NCBI GenBank assembly: GCA_963751705.1
Contig: CAVVVN010000003.1
Span: 1,658,910-1,722,909 of the forward strand
Direction of reading: 5' to 3'
DNA: 64,000 bases
Source: an uncultured Bacteroidales bacterium
GTDB lineage: Bacteria; Bacteroidota; Bacteroidia; Bacteroidales; GCA-2748055
Made by a program: the position numbers and the translations under genes. This document shows, piece by piece, positions 9,824 to 18,268 of this stretch. Each line of letters starts with the position of its first letter. The stretch's first letter is position 1. A model generated the notes under the pieces. It was not told the DNA's origin, did no database searches, and saw nothing but the letters and a program-made list of their open reading frames with translations.

Positions 9824-11089
9824 CTAATGTTGACCAAGTAGGAGCTCTTCTGCCTCTACCGACCAGAGTCCACCGTTCCGGTCGCAGATATCGGCCAGAT
9901 CAGAAAACAAGGGATTCTGTTTGCCCAGCTCCCGGAAATCTGAAATGGCGGTAAGTGGCATTTCCAGATGGGTGTATATCAATTTCTTTCCCCCTGGAAT
10001 ATGCGGCAGGTTCAGAGTAGCTTCCGGTACCGCATCCAATCCCCCGATATGCGTAATCAGGCCCGAAGTGTCCATCCCCTTCTCCATCAGTTCCAGTGAT
10101 TCCCTGATATCATCCGTATTCCCCCCGCTGGTTCCCACAATATGGGTAAAGGCATAATGGACATTATAAAAATTGAGTTTGGCTGAGAATTCCGGATCGG
10201 CCGGACCTGCAAAGAAATTCAGGCAACCGTCAAAGGCCAGTAATTTATCGGCCTGTTCTATCACAGGTGCTACCGGAGCAAAAACAAACACGTCGTTATA
10301 TCCTTCGCCTCCGTTCAGGCCCTTCAGAAAGGTGCTTGGATCTTCGAGCCCTCCGGTATTCACATAGTGCAGTTCGATTCCATTCTTTTGAGCCAGTTGC
10401 GGAGGGTAAAGTCCTTCAGCCCGCTTAAGTCGAACCTCATCAATGTCCGTAACTACCAATAAGGAGGGCTTTCTGTCCTCACGGTTCAATACATAGCTGA
10501 TGGCTGCCAGGCCCATGGGCCCCACCCCGGCCAGGATGGCCATTTTACCGCCGTCCACAATCTCCATATCATGTACATAAGTACCAGGTTTGATGTGGTA
10601 GTTGGCATGCATGGCCCCGATCACGCAGGAGTAGGGTTCTGCCATGGAAGCCGGATAGTAGCCCGGTCCCCTGTAGACCAGCAGACAACCCATCTCCATC
10701 ACTTCTTTAGGAATGATCACATAGGTGGCATTGCCTCCCAGGAACTGATAGGAGTAACCGGGTGCCCCGAGGATCCCCACCGGTCCGTCCGGGTAATTGA
10801 GGGCAGGCTGGATGGCAAATTTATCCCCTGCCTTGAACTCACCGCTCCACTTTGCTCCCACTTCCACAATTTCACCGGCGAACTCATGCCCGATCATTAC
10901 CGGGTTCTTCGCTACATCATTGGGGATACGTTTATGAGCTGCACCCTGGATGGCCGCTTTATAGGAGGACATACAAAGGCTGTCGCTCACCACCCTGGCG
11001 AGGATCTCATCCTCCCTGATGGAAGGCAATTCAAACTCTTCGATCCGTAAATCTTCTTTTCCGTATAATCTGACTGCTTTTGTTTTCAT
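9824..11089 (-). CDS. zinc-type medium-chain dehydrogenase/reductase, unusually long (about 420 aa), possibly a ketose/polyol-phosphate dehydrogenase
   Basis: Catalytic-zinc context (SDSLCMSS; IGHEFAGEIVEVG) and Rossmann motif AILAGVGPMGL. There is no Cys-rich structural-zinc loop. About 55 aa extend beyond the usual MDR C-terminus. Start chosen at the internal ATG (MKTKAVRLYG), which leaves a 13-nt gap after the HAD stop; the ORF itself extends to 11140. Confidence 0.7.
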   Translation of the reverse strand: MKTKAVRLYGKEDLRIEEFELPSIREDEILARVVSDSLCMSSYKAAIQGAAHKRIPNDVAKNPVMIGHEFAGEIVEVGAKWSGEFKAGDKFAIQPALNYPDGPVGILGAPGYSYQFLGGNATYVIIPKEVMEMGCLLVYRGPGYYPASMAEPYSCVIGAMHANYHIKPGTYVHDMEIVDGGKMAILAGVGPMGLAAISYVLNREDRKPSLLVVTDIDEVRLKRAEGLYPPQLAQKNGIELHYVNTGGLEDPSTFLKGLNGGEGYNDVFVFAPVAPVIEQADKLLAFDGCLNFFAGPADPEFSAKLNFYNVHYAFTHIVGTSGGNTDDIRESLELMEKGMDTSGLITHIGGLDAVPEATLNLPHIPGGKKLIYTHLEMPLTAISDFRELGKQNPLFSDLADICDRNGGLWSVEAEELLLGQH

Positions 11090-11102
11090 ATAACCAGGTT
11101 TA

Positions 11103-11753
11103 TCAGGAGACGAAATCCAGAATCTGTGAGGGTGTTCCAATCAACTCTCCCATGCCCTCCATCGGCCGCTGGACCAGCCGTCCATATCCCCAGGTGACCC
11201 CCTGCGGGACCATCCCTGCAGCCTGAGCGGTGAGTATGTCATTGTCGGAATCTCCCACAAAAAGGATCTTTTGAGGCTCCATCCCCCAACCTTCAGCAAT
11301 TTCAAATGCTGCTGCCGGATCAGGTTTCCGGGGTACTTCATCGCGCTGACCAAATACAGGGTCTATGGGCCACCCGGAAAGATAGAATTCACAAACCTTT
11401 TTGGTTAACAGGTGAGGCTTATTTGAGAGGATGGCGATCTTTATCCCCCTGTTCACCAGGGCATCCAGTACTTCCGGCACTCCTGAATAAACACGGCTTT
11501 TATTATGCAGGTTCGTGGCATAGACCTCCTTAAACTCATTTACATAGGACCGTAATTGCTCCCTGCTGATCGGTTCACCGTAGGCACGTTCAATAAATTT
11601 CACTGCACCACTTCCAATCCAGTTCAGATAATATTCCAGATCATGCTCAGGAAGACCATGCCGCGCAAACATCATGTTGGCTGCTCCCGCAATATCCTCT
11701 ATGGTGTGGACCAGGGTGCCATCCAGATCAAAAATAACTCCTTCTATATTCAT
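11103..11753 (-). CDS. HAD-superfamily phosphatase (phosphoglycolate-phosphatase-like)
   Basis: HAD motif I FDLDGTLVHT, motif II ILSNK, motifs III/IV K...GDSDND. Start chosen at ATG 11753 (MNIEGVIF); the ORF track begins at TTG 11765. Confidence 0.8.
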   Translation of the reverse strand: MNIEGVIFDLDGTLVHTIEDIAGAANMMFARHGLPEHDLEYYLNWIGSGAVKFIERAYGEPISREQLRSYVNEFKEVYATNLHNKSRVYSGVPEVLDALVNRGIKIAILSNKPHLLTKKVCEFYLSGWPIDPVFGQRDEVPRKPDPAAAFEIAEGWGMEPQKILFVGDSDNDILTAQAAGMVPQGVTWGYGRLVQRPMEGMGELIGTPSQILDFVS

Positions 11754-11761
11754 TCCTTTGT

Positions 11762-12943
11762 TCAACTTAACATCACCTGTCCGCCGGTTACCGGGATGGC
11801 CTGTCCCGTTTCATACTCCTGTTCGATCACATACTTAATGGCCTTCACGACATCTTCCACCCTGCAGCCACGCCCGGCCGGCACCATGGATTCATAATGA
11901 CGCTTTACATCCTCTATTGTTTTTGCGCCACCTACCTTTCCAGCCTTCAGATACTGTACGAACAGTCCGTTCTTCGGATCGGACCACAGAGGGCCTTCGA
12001 AGAAATTTCCCGGACAGATCGCATTAACCTTGATCCGGTCCTCTATGAGCTCCATGGCGAAAGAGTGGGTCAAGCCGATCCCTGCAAATTTGCTGCCGGC
12101 ATAGGCAAAATTCTTCCTGCTTCCCTCAAGCCCCGATTTGGAGTTTATCTGAATAATATCTCCAAAGTTTTCCGAATAGTATTTGTTCTGTAGTTTCATT
12201 ACGGGTACCACTGCTTTTACACAGTTGTAATATCCTTTGTAGTTCACACGGGTCACCTGATCAAACTCTGTTTCTGTCAGCTCTTCGATGGATCCGGCCT
12301 TCAGAATACCTGCGTTGCTGATCATTACATCGAGTCCGCCGAATTCCAGAATGGTCTCATAGACCGCCTGCTGCATGGATTCCAGGCTGCTTACGTCTGC
12401 TTCCACAAACCAGGCCCTGTTAGGCGAGCGGTGCTGGTTGAGCTCTCCAGCCAGCCGCATTCCCTCCTTCCTGTTAATATCCATGATCACCACGTTGGCC
12501 CCCTCACCAAACAGCTGTGTGGCGATACCCTCTCCAAAGCCCATGGCTCCTCCCGTTATGGCCACAATCCTGTTATATAGGGGTTTACGATATTGTGGCG
12601 AGGCTACAGGCTCAGGAAGATCAGCCCCCCGGCTCTCCACGCGGACCGTGGCCAGTTTCTGCTCCACCTTGGATTTGTTGGAAGAGAGGCCCAGCAGTCC
12701 AAGCTCCTCGATAAAGATATATTCTCCAAGGTCCCCTTTAGCCGCTTCAATCTGCTTTAGCATATATTCTGCTTCTCCCTTGAAAACAGATATGCTACGT
12801 CCGAGGCGGACAGTGATTTTTTCGGGATCGCTTTCGTTCAGCTGGTCCATCGGAACAAAACTTCCACTCTTCAGGGAGTGTTCGGACATGATCATCCTGA
12901 TGGCAGGAACCAAAGCAAGAATGGCCTTTTTTTTCTGATCCAT
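11762..12943 (-). CDS. short-chain dehydrogenase of the sorbitol-6-phosphate dehydrogenase (SrlD) type with an N-terminal extension of about 120 aa
   Basis: Cofactor motif TGGAMGFGEG, NAG, and catalytic Y-x3-K (YAGSK). IIQINSKSG and the C-terminal VTGGQVM match E. coli SrlD as I recall it. The first 120 aa or so have no motif I recognise. Confidence 0.75.
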   Translation of the reverse strand: MDQKKKAILALVPAIRMIMSEHSLKSGSFVPMDQLNESDPEKITVRLGRSISVFKGEAEYMLKQIEAAKGDLGEYIFIEELGLLGLSSNKSKVEQKLATVRVESRGADLPEPVASPQYRKPLYNRIVAITGGAMGFGEGIATQLFGEGANVVIMDINRKEGMRLAGELNQHRSPNRAWFVEADVSSLESMQQAVYETILEFGGLDVMISNAGILKAGSIEELTETEFDQVTRVNYKGYYNCVKAVVPVMKLQNKYYSENFGDIIQINSKSGLEGSRKNFAYAGSKFAGIGLTHSFAMELIEDRIKVNAICPGNFFEGPLWSDPKNGLFVQYLKAGKVGGAKTIEDVKRHYESMVPAGRGCRVEDVVKAIKYVIEQEYETGQAIPVTGGQVMLS

Positions 12944-12953
12944 GATACGGGTA

Positions 12954-14168
12954 TTATCCGGTTATTTTAAAATAATGACGCAATACTGCCCGGCCCAGGA
13001 CCTCCATCTCTTCCCGCTCCATCTGTTCATACCCGGGGCCCTCTTTTGCTGTCAGGTACTGATGCGCAGCCAGATAAGCGGCACCCCTAAATGTGATCTC
13101 CAGCAATTTATCGTCCAGTGGAACCTGGTCCCTGCAACTTACAGTCAGGGGCAGCATGGCAGACGTATTGTGCTCGGTTCCAAAGGATATCACAAAGCCA
13201 TTTTCATAAAAGTATTCTGCGTACTCCTTTAAAACCTCGATCCTGTTTCTCAGGGGAATCAGCTCCACAGAATTAAACCCGCGCCCTTTCAGCTCTTTCA
13301 GCAATTGCTCTCTATCCTTCTCAAAGGGAGTGATCCCGCTCCCGGCACCATCCAGCAACATGGGGTAAGTGGGGATGCCTCCTGCATCACGGATGAGCTC
13401 CATGATCTTTTCCACCTTCATGAAAGCATTCTCATCCTCGGGAACAAATGCCGGGGCACCTGCCTTCAGCAGCCTGGCCCTTAATTCTTCCTCGATCCCG
13501 GCCATATCTTCCCGCCGCCTTTCCGAGGATCTTCCCCCATAAACCCTTTCCAGAAGGGTATAGAAGGATTCATCGTCCCCTACAGCTTCTTCCAGCTTTA
13601 ATCGCAGGGCCTTGGCAACATGCCTCTCTCTCAGCAAATGTTTGGCATGCTCTTTCTTGATCTCCTCCACCGAAATGCGAATCCCGGAGGCTTGAAACTC
13701 AAGCCACCGGTTCAGTAGTTCGATCATCTGTTCAACCTGCCTGTTGCTTTCTCGCACCACCCCGTCCAGTATCCTCTGCTGTCCTGTACGGAGAATGGAG
13801 GGAAATGCAAGTCCCTTGCCGCTGATATAGGTCCGCCCCGGATTATTGGGATCGTTCACCCTGATACCCGCCTCCTGATCCTTCCTGCTGATCCCTATAA
13901 GCTCCACATTCAACAGGGGAAATACCTGGTGCTTCAGGCACTGATCAATAAATTCCCCATAGCCCTCAGTTACATAAAAGTCATTAATTCCCAGAATCTT
14001 AACCCCTTCATTTCCAGCTCTTATTACAGCATCTTCGATACTTTCAAACGCACTGAATGAATAGGGAGAATGGATGTGATTATTCACCTTCAGAGGGTAG
14101 ACAGCCTGACCCGGTGGATACGATTCCAACAGGCTCAAGCGATCAGGAAACTGCTCTAAATACTTCAT
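12954..14168 (-). CDS. PHP-domain metal-dependent phosphoesterase
   Basis: N-terminal HxH motif (VNNHIHSPYSFSAF), followed by GINDFY and later His/Asp-containing strands typical of polymerase/histidinol-phosphatase-fold enzymes. 404 aa. Confidence 0.55.
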   Translation of the reverse strand: MKYLEQFPDRLSLLESYPPGQAVYPLKVNNHIHSPYSFSAFESIEDAVIRAGNEGVKILGINDFYVTEGYGEFIDQCLKHQVFPLLNVELIGISRKDQEAGIRVNDPNNPGRTYISGKGLAFPSILRTGQQRILDGVVRESNRQVEQMIELLNRWLEFQASGIRISVEEIKKEHAKHLLRERHVAKALRLKLEEAVGDDESFYTLLERVYGGRSSERRREDMAGIEEELRARLLKAGAPAFVPEDENAFMKVEKIMELIRDAGGIPTYPMLLDGAGSGITPFEKDREQLLKELKGRGFNSVELIPLRNRIEVLKEYAEYFYENGFVISFGTEHNTSAMLPLTVSCRDQVPLDDKLLEITFRGAAYLAAHQYLTAKEGPGYEQMEREEMEVLGRAVLRHYFKITG

Positions 14169-14181
14169 TCATCCGTGCGTT

Positions 14182-16650
14182 TTATACCCCCAGTCTGCTT
14201 CGGCGTTTCTGTTCGCCCGAGGTGAAATTCTGGGTGCATACGTGATTCTTTAAAGGTACTATCTTCTCATGAATGGCATCAACAATCCAAAAGGCTTGTG
14301 GAAAGAAATAGTCCTCCAGTTCATAGGCCGGGGTAATCCAGTTTCTGGAGCCCACCACCACGGGCGGAGCATCCAGATCATCAAAGCCGAGCTCAGTGAT
14401 GTTCTGAGCCACATCCTTCAGGTAGGATCCCCTTTCGCTGGCATCACTGACCAGCACAATACGTCCCGTCTTCTTCAAAGATTTCAGGACCAGGTCGTAG
14501 TTGAACGGAACCAGGGAGCGGGCATCTATAATCTCGGCAGACATCCCGTACTTCTCCTCCAGGATATCTGCAGCCTCCATGGCCCGGTAAAGGCTTGCTC
14601 CGACGGTCAGAATGGTAATATCCTCTCCCGGTCGTTTGATATCCGGTTCTCCGATGGGAATCTCATAGTATCCTTCAGGAACCCCTTCTTTATGGAACTC
14701 TTCCCCGATCCCATAGAGTCGCTGGCTCTCGAAAAAGATTACCGGATCGGTTCCCTGAAGGGCAGAATTCATTAATCCTTTTGCATCATAGGGGGTGGCA
14801 GGGAATACCACTTTAATGCCGGGGATATGGGCCACCAGGGACGACCAGTCCTGGGAGTGCTGGGCCCCGTATTTGGAACCTACCGACACCCTCAGCACCA
14901 CCGGCATTTTAATCAGGTTCCCACTCATGGCCTGCCATTTGGGAAGCTGGTTAAAGACCTCATCGCCCGACCGGCCCAGGAAATCGCAATACATAATTTC
15001 CGGTATAACCCGGCCACCGCACATGCCATACCCAATGGCAGTACCCACGATGGCTCCCTCGGATATGGGGGAATTAAACAGGCGGTTATAGGGCAGAGCC
15101 TCCGTGAGTCCCCGGTAGACGGCAAAAGCGCCTCCCCAGTCACGGTTTTCCTCCCCGTAGGCCACCAGGGTAGGATCCTTGTAAAATCGATCTGAAATGG
15201 CCTCAAAGAGTCCATCCCGGAACTGATATTGTTTCATGGCCGTATGGGCTTTGCCATCCTTATCAAAGGCATATCGTTCTTTTCGTGCGATCTGTTTAAC
15301 CCTGGGATTCTCATCCAGGGGATGGTTCACCTGGGGGACTCCTTCCTCCATACGGTCCATAGACTGGTTGGAGTACATCATCTCCCCGATTAATCCGGGA
15401 TGGCTGACCAGGTCCATTCTGGGGGATACCTGATCATCAATGGATAGTTTAAATGCTCCCAGGATCAATTCATCGCATTCCGCCTTGATCTGATCCAGAT
15501 CCGCCTGATCGGCCACTCCGGAATCCAAGAGCTCTTTGCCAAAGGCGACAATGGAATCGACCGACTCCCATGCTTCGATTTCTTCCCTGGAGCGGTAGGA
15601 GGAGGAATCGGAAGGAGAATGCCCGCTGAAGCGGTAGGTCAGAACATCCAGGAAGACGGGTCCTTTCTTGTCTTCCAGGAGCTTCATCTTTCTTTCATAG
15701 GCATCGATTACCGCCAGCGGATTGTACCCATCCACCCGTTCGGTGTGCATCTTTTCCCGATTCAAAGCAGCTCCCACCCGGGCTGCGATGGCATAACCCA
15801 TGGTCTCGCCACAGGTTTGTCCGCCCATCCCGTACTGGTTATTCATAATATTGAAAATGATGGGTAACCCGCCTTTCATGTCCCCTTCCCAGAGCTCCCG
15901 GAACTGGTCCATGGCTGCAAAGGTCATCCCTTCCCAAACCGGACCGCATCCCAGGGATGCATCGCCGATATTTGCCACCACGATACCTGATTTCCGGTTC
16001 ACTTTCTTATACAAGGCCGCTCCAACCGCAATATCGCCCGAACCACCAACAATGGCATTATTGGGATAAATCCCGAAGGGGGTGAAAAAGGCATGCATGG
16101 ATCCACCCAGGCCCTTGTTAAAGCCGGTCTCCCTGGCGAATATCTCCGCCAGGGTACCGTATACCAGGAATTTAAGTGCCAGTGATTTTACATCCCCTTT
16201 ATGCCCTTTTTCAACGATGCTCAGGATGCGGCCGTCAAAAAAATCCTTCATGATCCCGTGCAGGGTATTCTCATCCAGCTTCTGAATGGCAGAAAGCCCC
16301 TTGGCCAGGATCTCCCCGTGAGAACGGTGGGACCCGAAAATATAGTCATTGATATCCAGCCTGTAGGCCATGCCCACAGCTGCTGCTTCCTGCCCGATGG
16401 ATAGGTGGGCCGGACCCGGATGGGAATGACTTATCCCTTTATATTCATCCTTGGTTTTAATCAGGTTAAGCATGGTTTCAAACTCCCGGATAATCTGCAT
16501 ATCCCTGTAAATCCGGATCAGATCATCTTTCGAAAAGCGCGACAACTCTTCTTTTACAGATCTGTTGTATTTATTGACTGGAATGGAACCCAGTTCCAGA
16601 TCCTGAGACTGTCTGAGGTCTGCGGGGTTGATAAATTGTGTTTTTGGCAT
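14182..16650 (-). CDS. thiamine-diphosphate-dependent 2-oxoacid/acetoin dehydrogenase E1 component with fused alpha and beta subunits
   Basis: 822 aa. Alpha part: HLSIGQEAAAVG, RSHGE, and TPP motif IGDASLGCGPVWEG...IFNIMNNQYGMGG. Beta part: YGEENRDWGGAF.VYRGL......RLFNSPISEGAIVGTAIGYGM.GGR.IPEIMYCDFL. Confidence 0.85.
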   Translation of the reverse strand: MPKTQFINPADLRQSQDLELGSIPVNKYNRSVKEELSRFSKDDLIRIYRDMQIIREFETMLNLIKTKDEYKGISHSHPGPAHLSIGQEAAAVGMAYRLDINDYIFGSHRSHGEILAKGLSAIQKLDENTLHGIMKDFFDGRILSIVEKGHKGDVKSLALKFLVYGTLAEIFARETGFNKGLGGSMHAFFTPFGIYPNNAIVGGSGDIAVGAALYKKVNRKSGIVVANIGDASLGCGPVWEGMTFAAMDQFRELWEGDMKGGLPIIFNIMNNQYGMGGQTCGETMGYAIAARVGAALNREKMHTERVDGYNPLAVIDAYERKMKLLEDKKGPVFLDVLTYRFSGHSPSDSSSYRSREEIEAWESVDSIVAFGKELLDSGVADQADLDQIKAECDELILGAFKLSIDDQVSPRMDLVSHPGLIGEMMYSNQSMDRMEEGVPQVNHPLDENPRVKQIARKERYAFDKDGKAHTAMKQYQFRDGLFEAISDRFYKDPTLVAYGEENRDWGGAFAVYRGLTEALPYNRLFNSPISEGAIVGTAIGYGMCGGRVIPEIMYCDFLGRSGDEVFNQLPKWQAMSGNLIKMPVVLRVSVGSKYGAQHSQDWSSLVAHIPGIKVVFPATPYDAKGLMNSALQGTDPVIFFESQRLYGIGEEFHKEGVPEGYYEIPIGEPDIKRPGEDITILTVGASLYRAMEAADILEEKYGMSAEIIDARSLVPFNYDLVLKSLKKTGRIVLVSDASERGSYLKDVAQNITELGFDDLDAPPVVVGSRNWITPAYELEDYFFPQAFWIVDAIHEKIVPLKNHVCTQNFTSGEQKRRSRLGV

Positions 16651-16698
16651 GGGGAAAAGTTCTTAGTTTATTGTGTTGATATTGTGATCTTATTATAT

Positions 16699-18054
16699 CT
16701 ATTGGAGCATGGCGGGGGACAGTTGCTCTATCTGCTTTTTGATTTCAGCCAGGAACAGGGTGGCCGGCCCACCGTCCAGTGCCCGGTGATCATAGGTCAG
16801 GGAAAGCCCCATAAAAGGCTGAAATCCAAAGTTTCCATCGGCCAGAGTTGCGGGCCGTTGGATGATGGTATTCACGCCCAGGATCCCTACCTGTGGAAGG
16901 TTAATGACCGGAGTAAACATCTCCACACCGTAGGCGCCCAGGTTTGAAACCGTAAAAGTAGCCGCCTCAGGAACAATCAGGTCCGGAGAGATATTCCCTT
17001 TTTTGGAACTTTCTGCCATCTCCTTCAAACGGACCGATAGTTCCGGAAGGGAATAAGAATCTGCATTTAACAGGGCAGGAACCATCAATCCTCGCTCCGT
17101 ATCGACTGCCAGGCCCAGATGCACCTGATCGAAGATCCGAATGTGCTCTCCAAGGAAATGAGCGTTGGCCCCACGATGGAGCAGGAGGCTCTGTACCACA
17201 GCGTAGCAGACCATATCATTCAGGGTGATGTTGTAGGGATACCCGGCTTCCTGCCTGAGCTTAACTTCCCGCCTAAGCTGCAATATTCCAGCAGCATTGG
17301 CACTGAGATGGTGGGTAAGCTGGGCCGAGTTCTGCAGGGAACGGAACATGGCACCGGCAATGATCTTTCGGACATTGCTCAGTGGCACATCCGTATATAA
17401 TCCAGCTGTCTCCACTGAAGCAGCCATGCCTGATCCAGCAGGTGCTGAAATCAGATCTCCTGCTTTATATTTTCCGCAGTCGGGACGGTCACAGGGAACC
17501 GAAAGCCCCTCCGCCTCCTTTTTCTTCTGTGCCAGTGGGGTCAGACGTTTGCCCTGCCTGATGGCGTCCTTTATGTCCCTCTCAATGATGCGGCCGCCCG
17601 GACCCGTTCCAGACACCGCTTCCAGTACTACCCGTTTCTCCTTAGCCAGCTTCCTGGCCCTCGGAGAGATGGCCGAATCCTTGCTTCCCACCTGGGAAGT
17701 CAAACCTGGTTCAGAAACAGAACTTTCAATCGCTTTTTCTGTGCTTTCTGATTCGGCAGGGGACACTTGGCCTATACTGCTGCCTCCCCCTGGACGGAAC
17801 GACTCAATATCCTCTCCTTCCACCCCAATCAATGCCACATTAAACAAGACCGGAACCTCATCACCCTCTTCATAAAAACGGGCAAGCAAAATGCCATCCC
17901 CGGGAGCCTCCTCCTCAAAAGCAGCTTTATCTGTTTCATAGGCAAACAGCAGGTCCCCTTTAGAGATATTATCTCCTTCTGCTTTGTACCATTCGGTGAG
18001 GATGCAACTCTCCACCGATTGTCCCTGCCGGGGCATGATTACTGGATGGGCCAT
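16699..18054 (-). CDS. dihydrolipoamide acyltransferase (E2) with a single lipoyl domain
   Basis: Lipoyl-lysine motif AYETDKAAFE. Peripheral subunit-binding domain SPRARKLAKEKRVVLEAVSGTGPGGRIIERDI. Catalytic motif LTYDHRALDGGPA. Confidence 0.9.
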   Translation of the reverse strand: MAHPVIMPRQGQSVESCILTEWYKAEGDNISKGDLLFAYETDKAAFEEEAPGDGILLARFYEEGDEVPVLFNVALIGVEGEDIESFRPGGGSSIGQVSPAESESTEKAIESSVSEPGLTSQVGSKDSAISPRARKLAKEKRVVLEAVSGTGPGGRIIERDIKDAIRQGKRLTPLAQKKKEAEGLSVPCDRPDCGKYKAGDLISAPAGSGMAASVETAGLYTDVPLSNVRKIIAGAMFRSLQNSAQLTHHLSANAAGILQLRREVKLRQEAGYPYNITLNDMVCYAVVQSLLLHRGANAHFLGEHIRIFDQVHLGLAVDTERGLMVPALLNADSYSLPELSVRLKEMAESSKKGNISPDLIVPEAATFTVSNLGAYGVEMFTPVINLPQVGILGVNTIIQRPATLADGNFGFQPFMGLSLTYDHRALDGGPATLFLAEIKKQIEQLSPAMLQ

Positions 18055-18085
18055 TGTTCTTTGATTTATTCAGGATATTTTGCAT

Positions 18086-18101
18086 ACTTGTATATACAAG
18101 T
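18086..18101. promoter_or_regulatory. perfect 16-bp palindrome ACTTGTATATACAAGT; candidate GntR/HutC operator of the E2-E1 operon
   Basis: Read directly from the sequence. It lies 32-47 nt upstream of the E2 start (18054) and immediately downstream of a minus-strand -7 box. GT...AC cores are characteristic of GntR-family operators. Confidence 0.6.
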
Positions 18102-18102
18102 G

Positions 18103-18110
18103 CAAATATA
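18103..18110 (-). promoter_or_regulatory. Bacteroidota-type -7 promoter box (TATATTTG on the minus strand) for the E2-E1-PHP-SDR-HAD-MDR operon
   Basis: Plus-strand CAAATATA is the reverse complement of TATATTTG and matches TAnnTTTG. It lies about 50 nt upstream of the E2 start codon. Confidence 0.45.
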
Positions 18111-18183
18111 ATTGCTTTTATCCGAATATGGAAATTTAATTATATAAAGCTTTAAAATATATGTTATTATTTTGATTTACTGA

Positions 18184-18197
18184 TTGTTATAACAATA
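18184..18197. promoter_or_regulatory. perfect 14-bp palindrome ATTGTTATAACAAT; second candidate operator
   Basis: Read directly. It shares the TTGT...ACAA core with the 16-bp palindrome and sits in the middle of the divergent intergenic region. Confidence 0.4.
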
Positions 18198-18245
18198 AAA
18201 AAGAAAGAAATATTTAAAATATTTCTATATACATATATTTACAAC

Positions 18246-18268
18246 TATATTTGTAGATAGTTACAAAT
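18246..18268 (+). promoter_or_regulatory. -7 box TATATTTG overlapping the inverted repeat ATTTGTA-N6-TACAAAT; candidate autoregulated gntR promoter
   Basis: TATATTTG (18246-18253) matches TAnnTTTG 32 nt upstream of the GntR ATG. The inverted-repeat arms are at 18249-18255 and 18262-18268. Confidence 0.45.
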
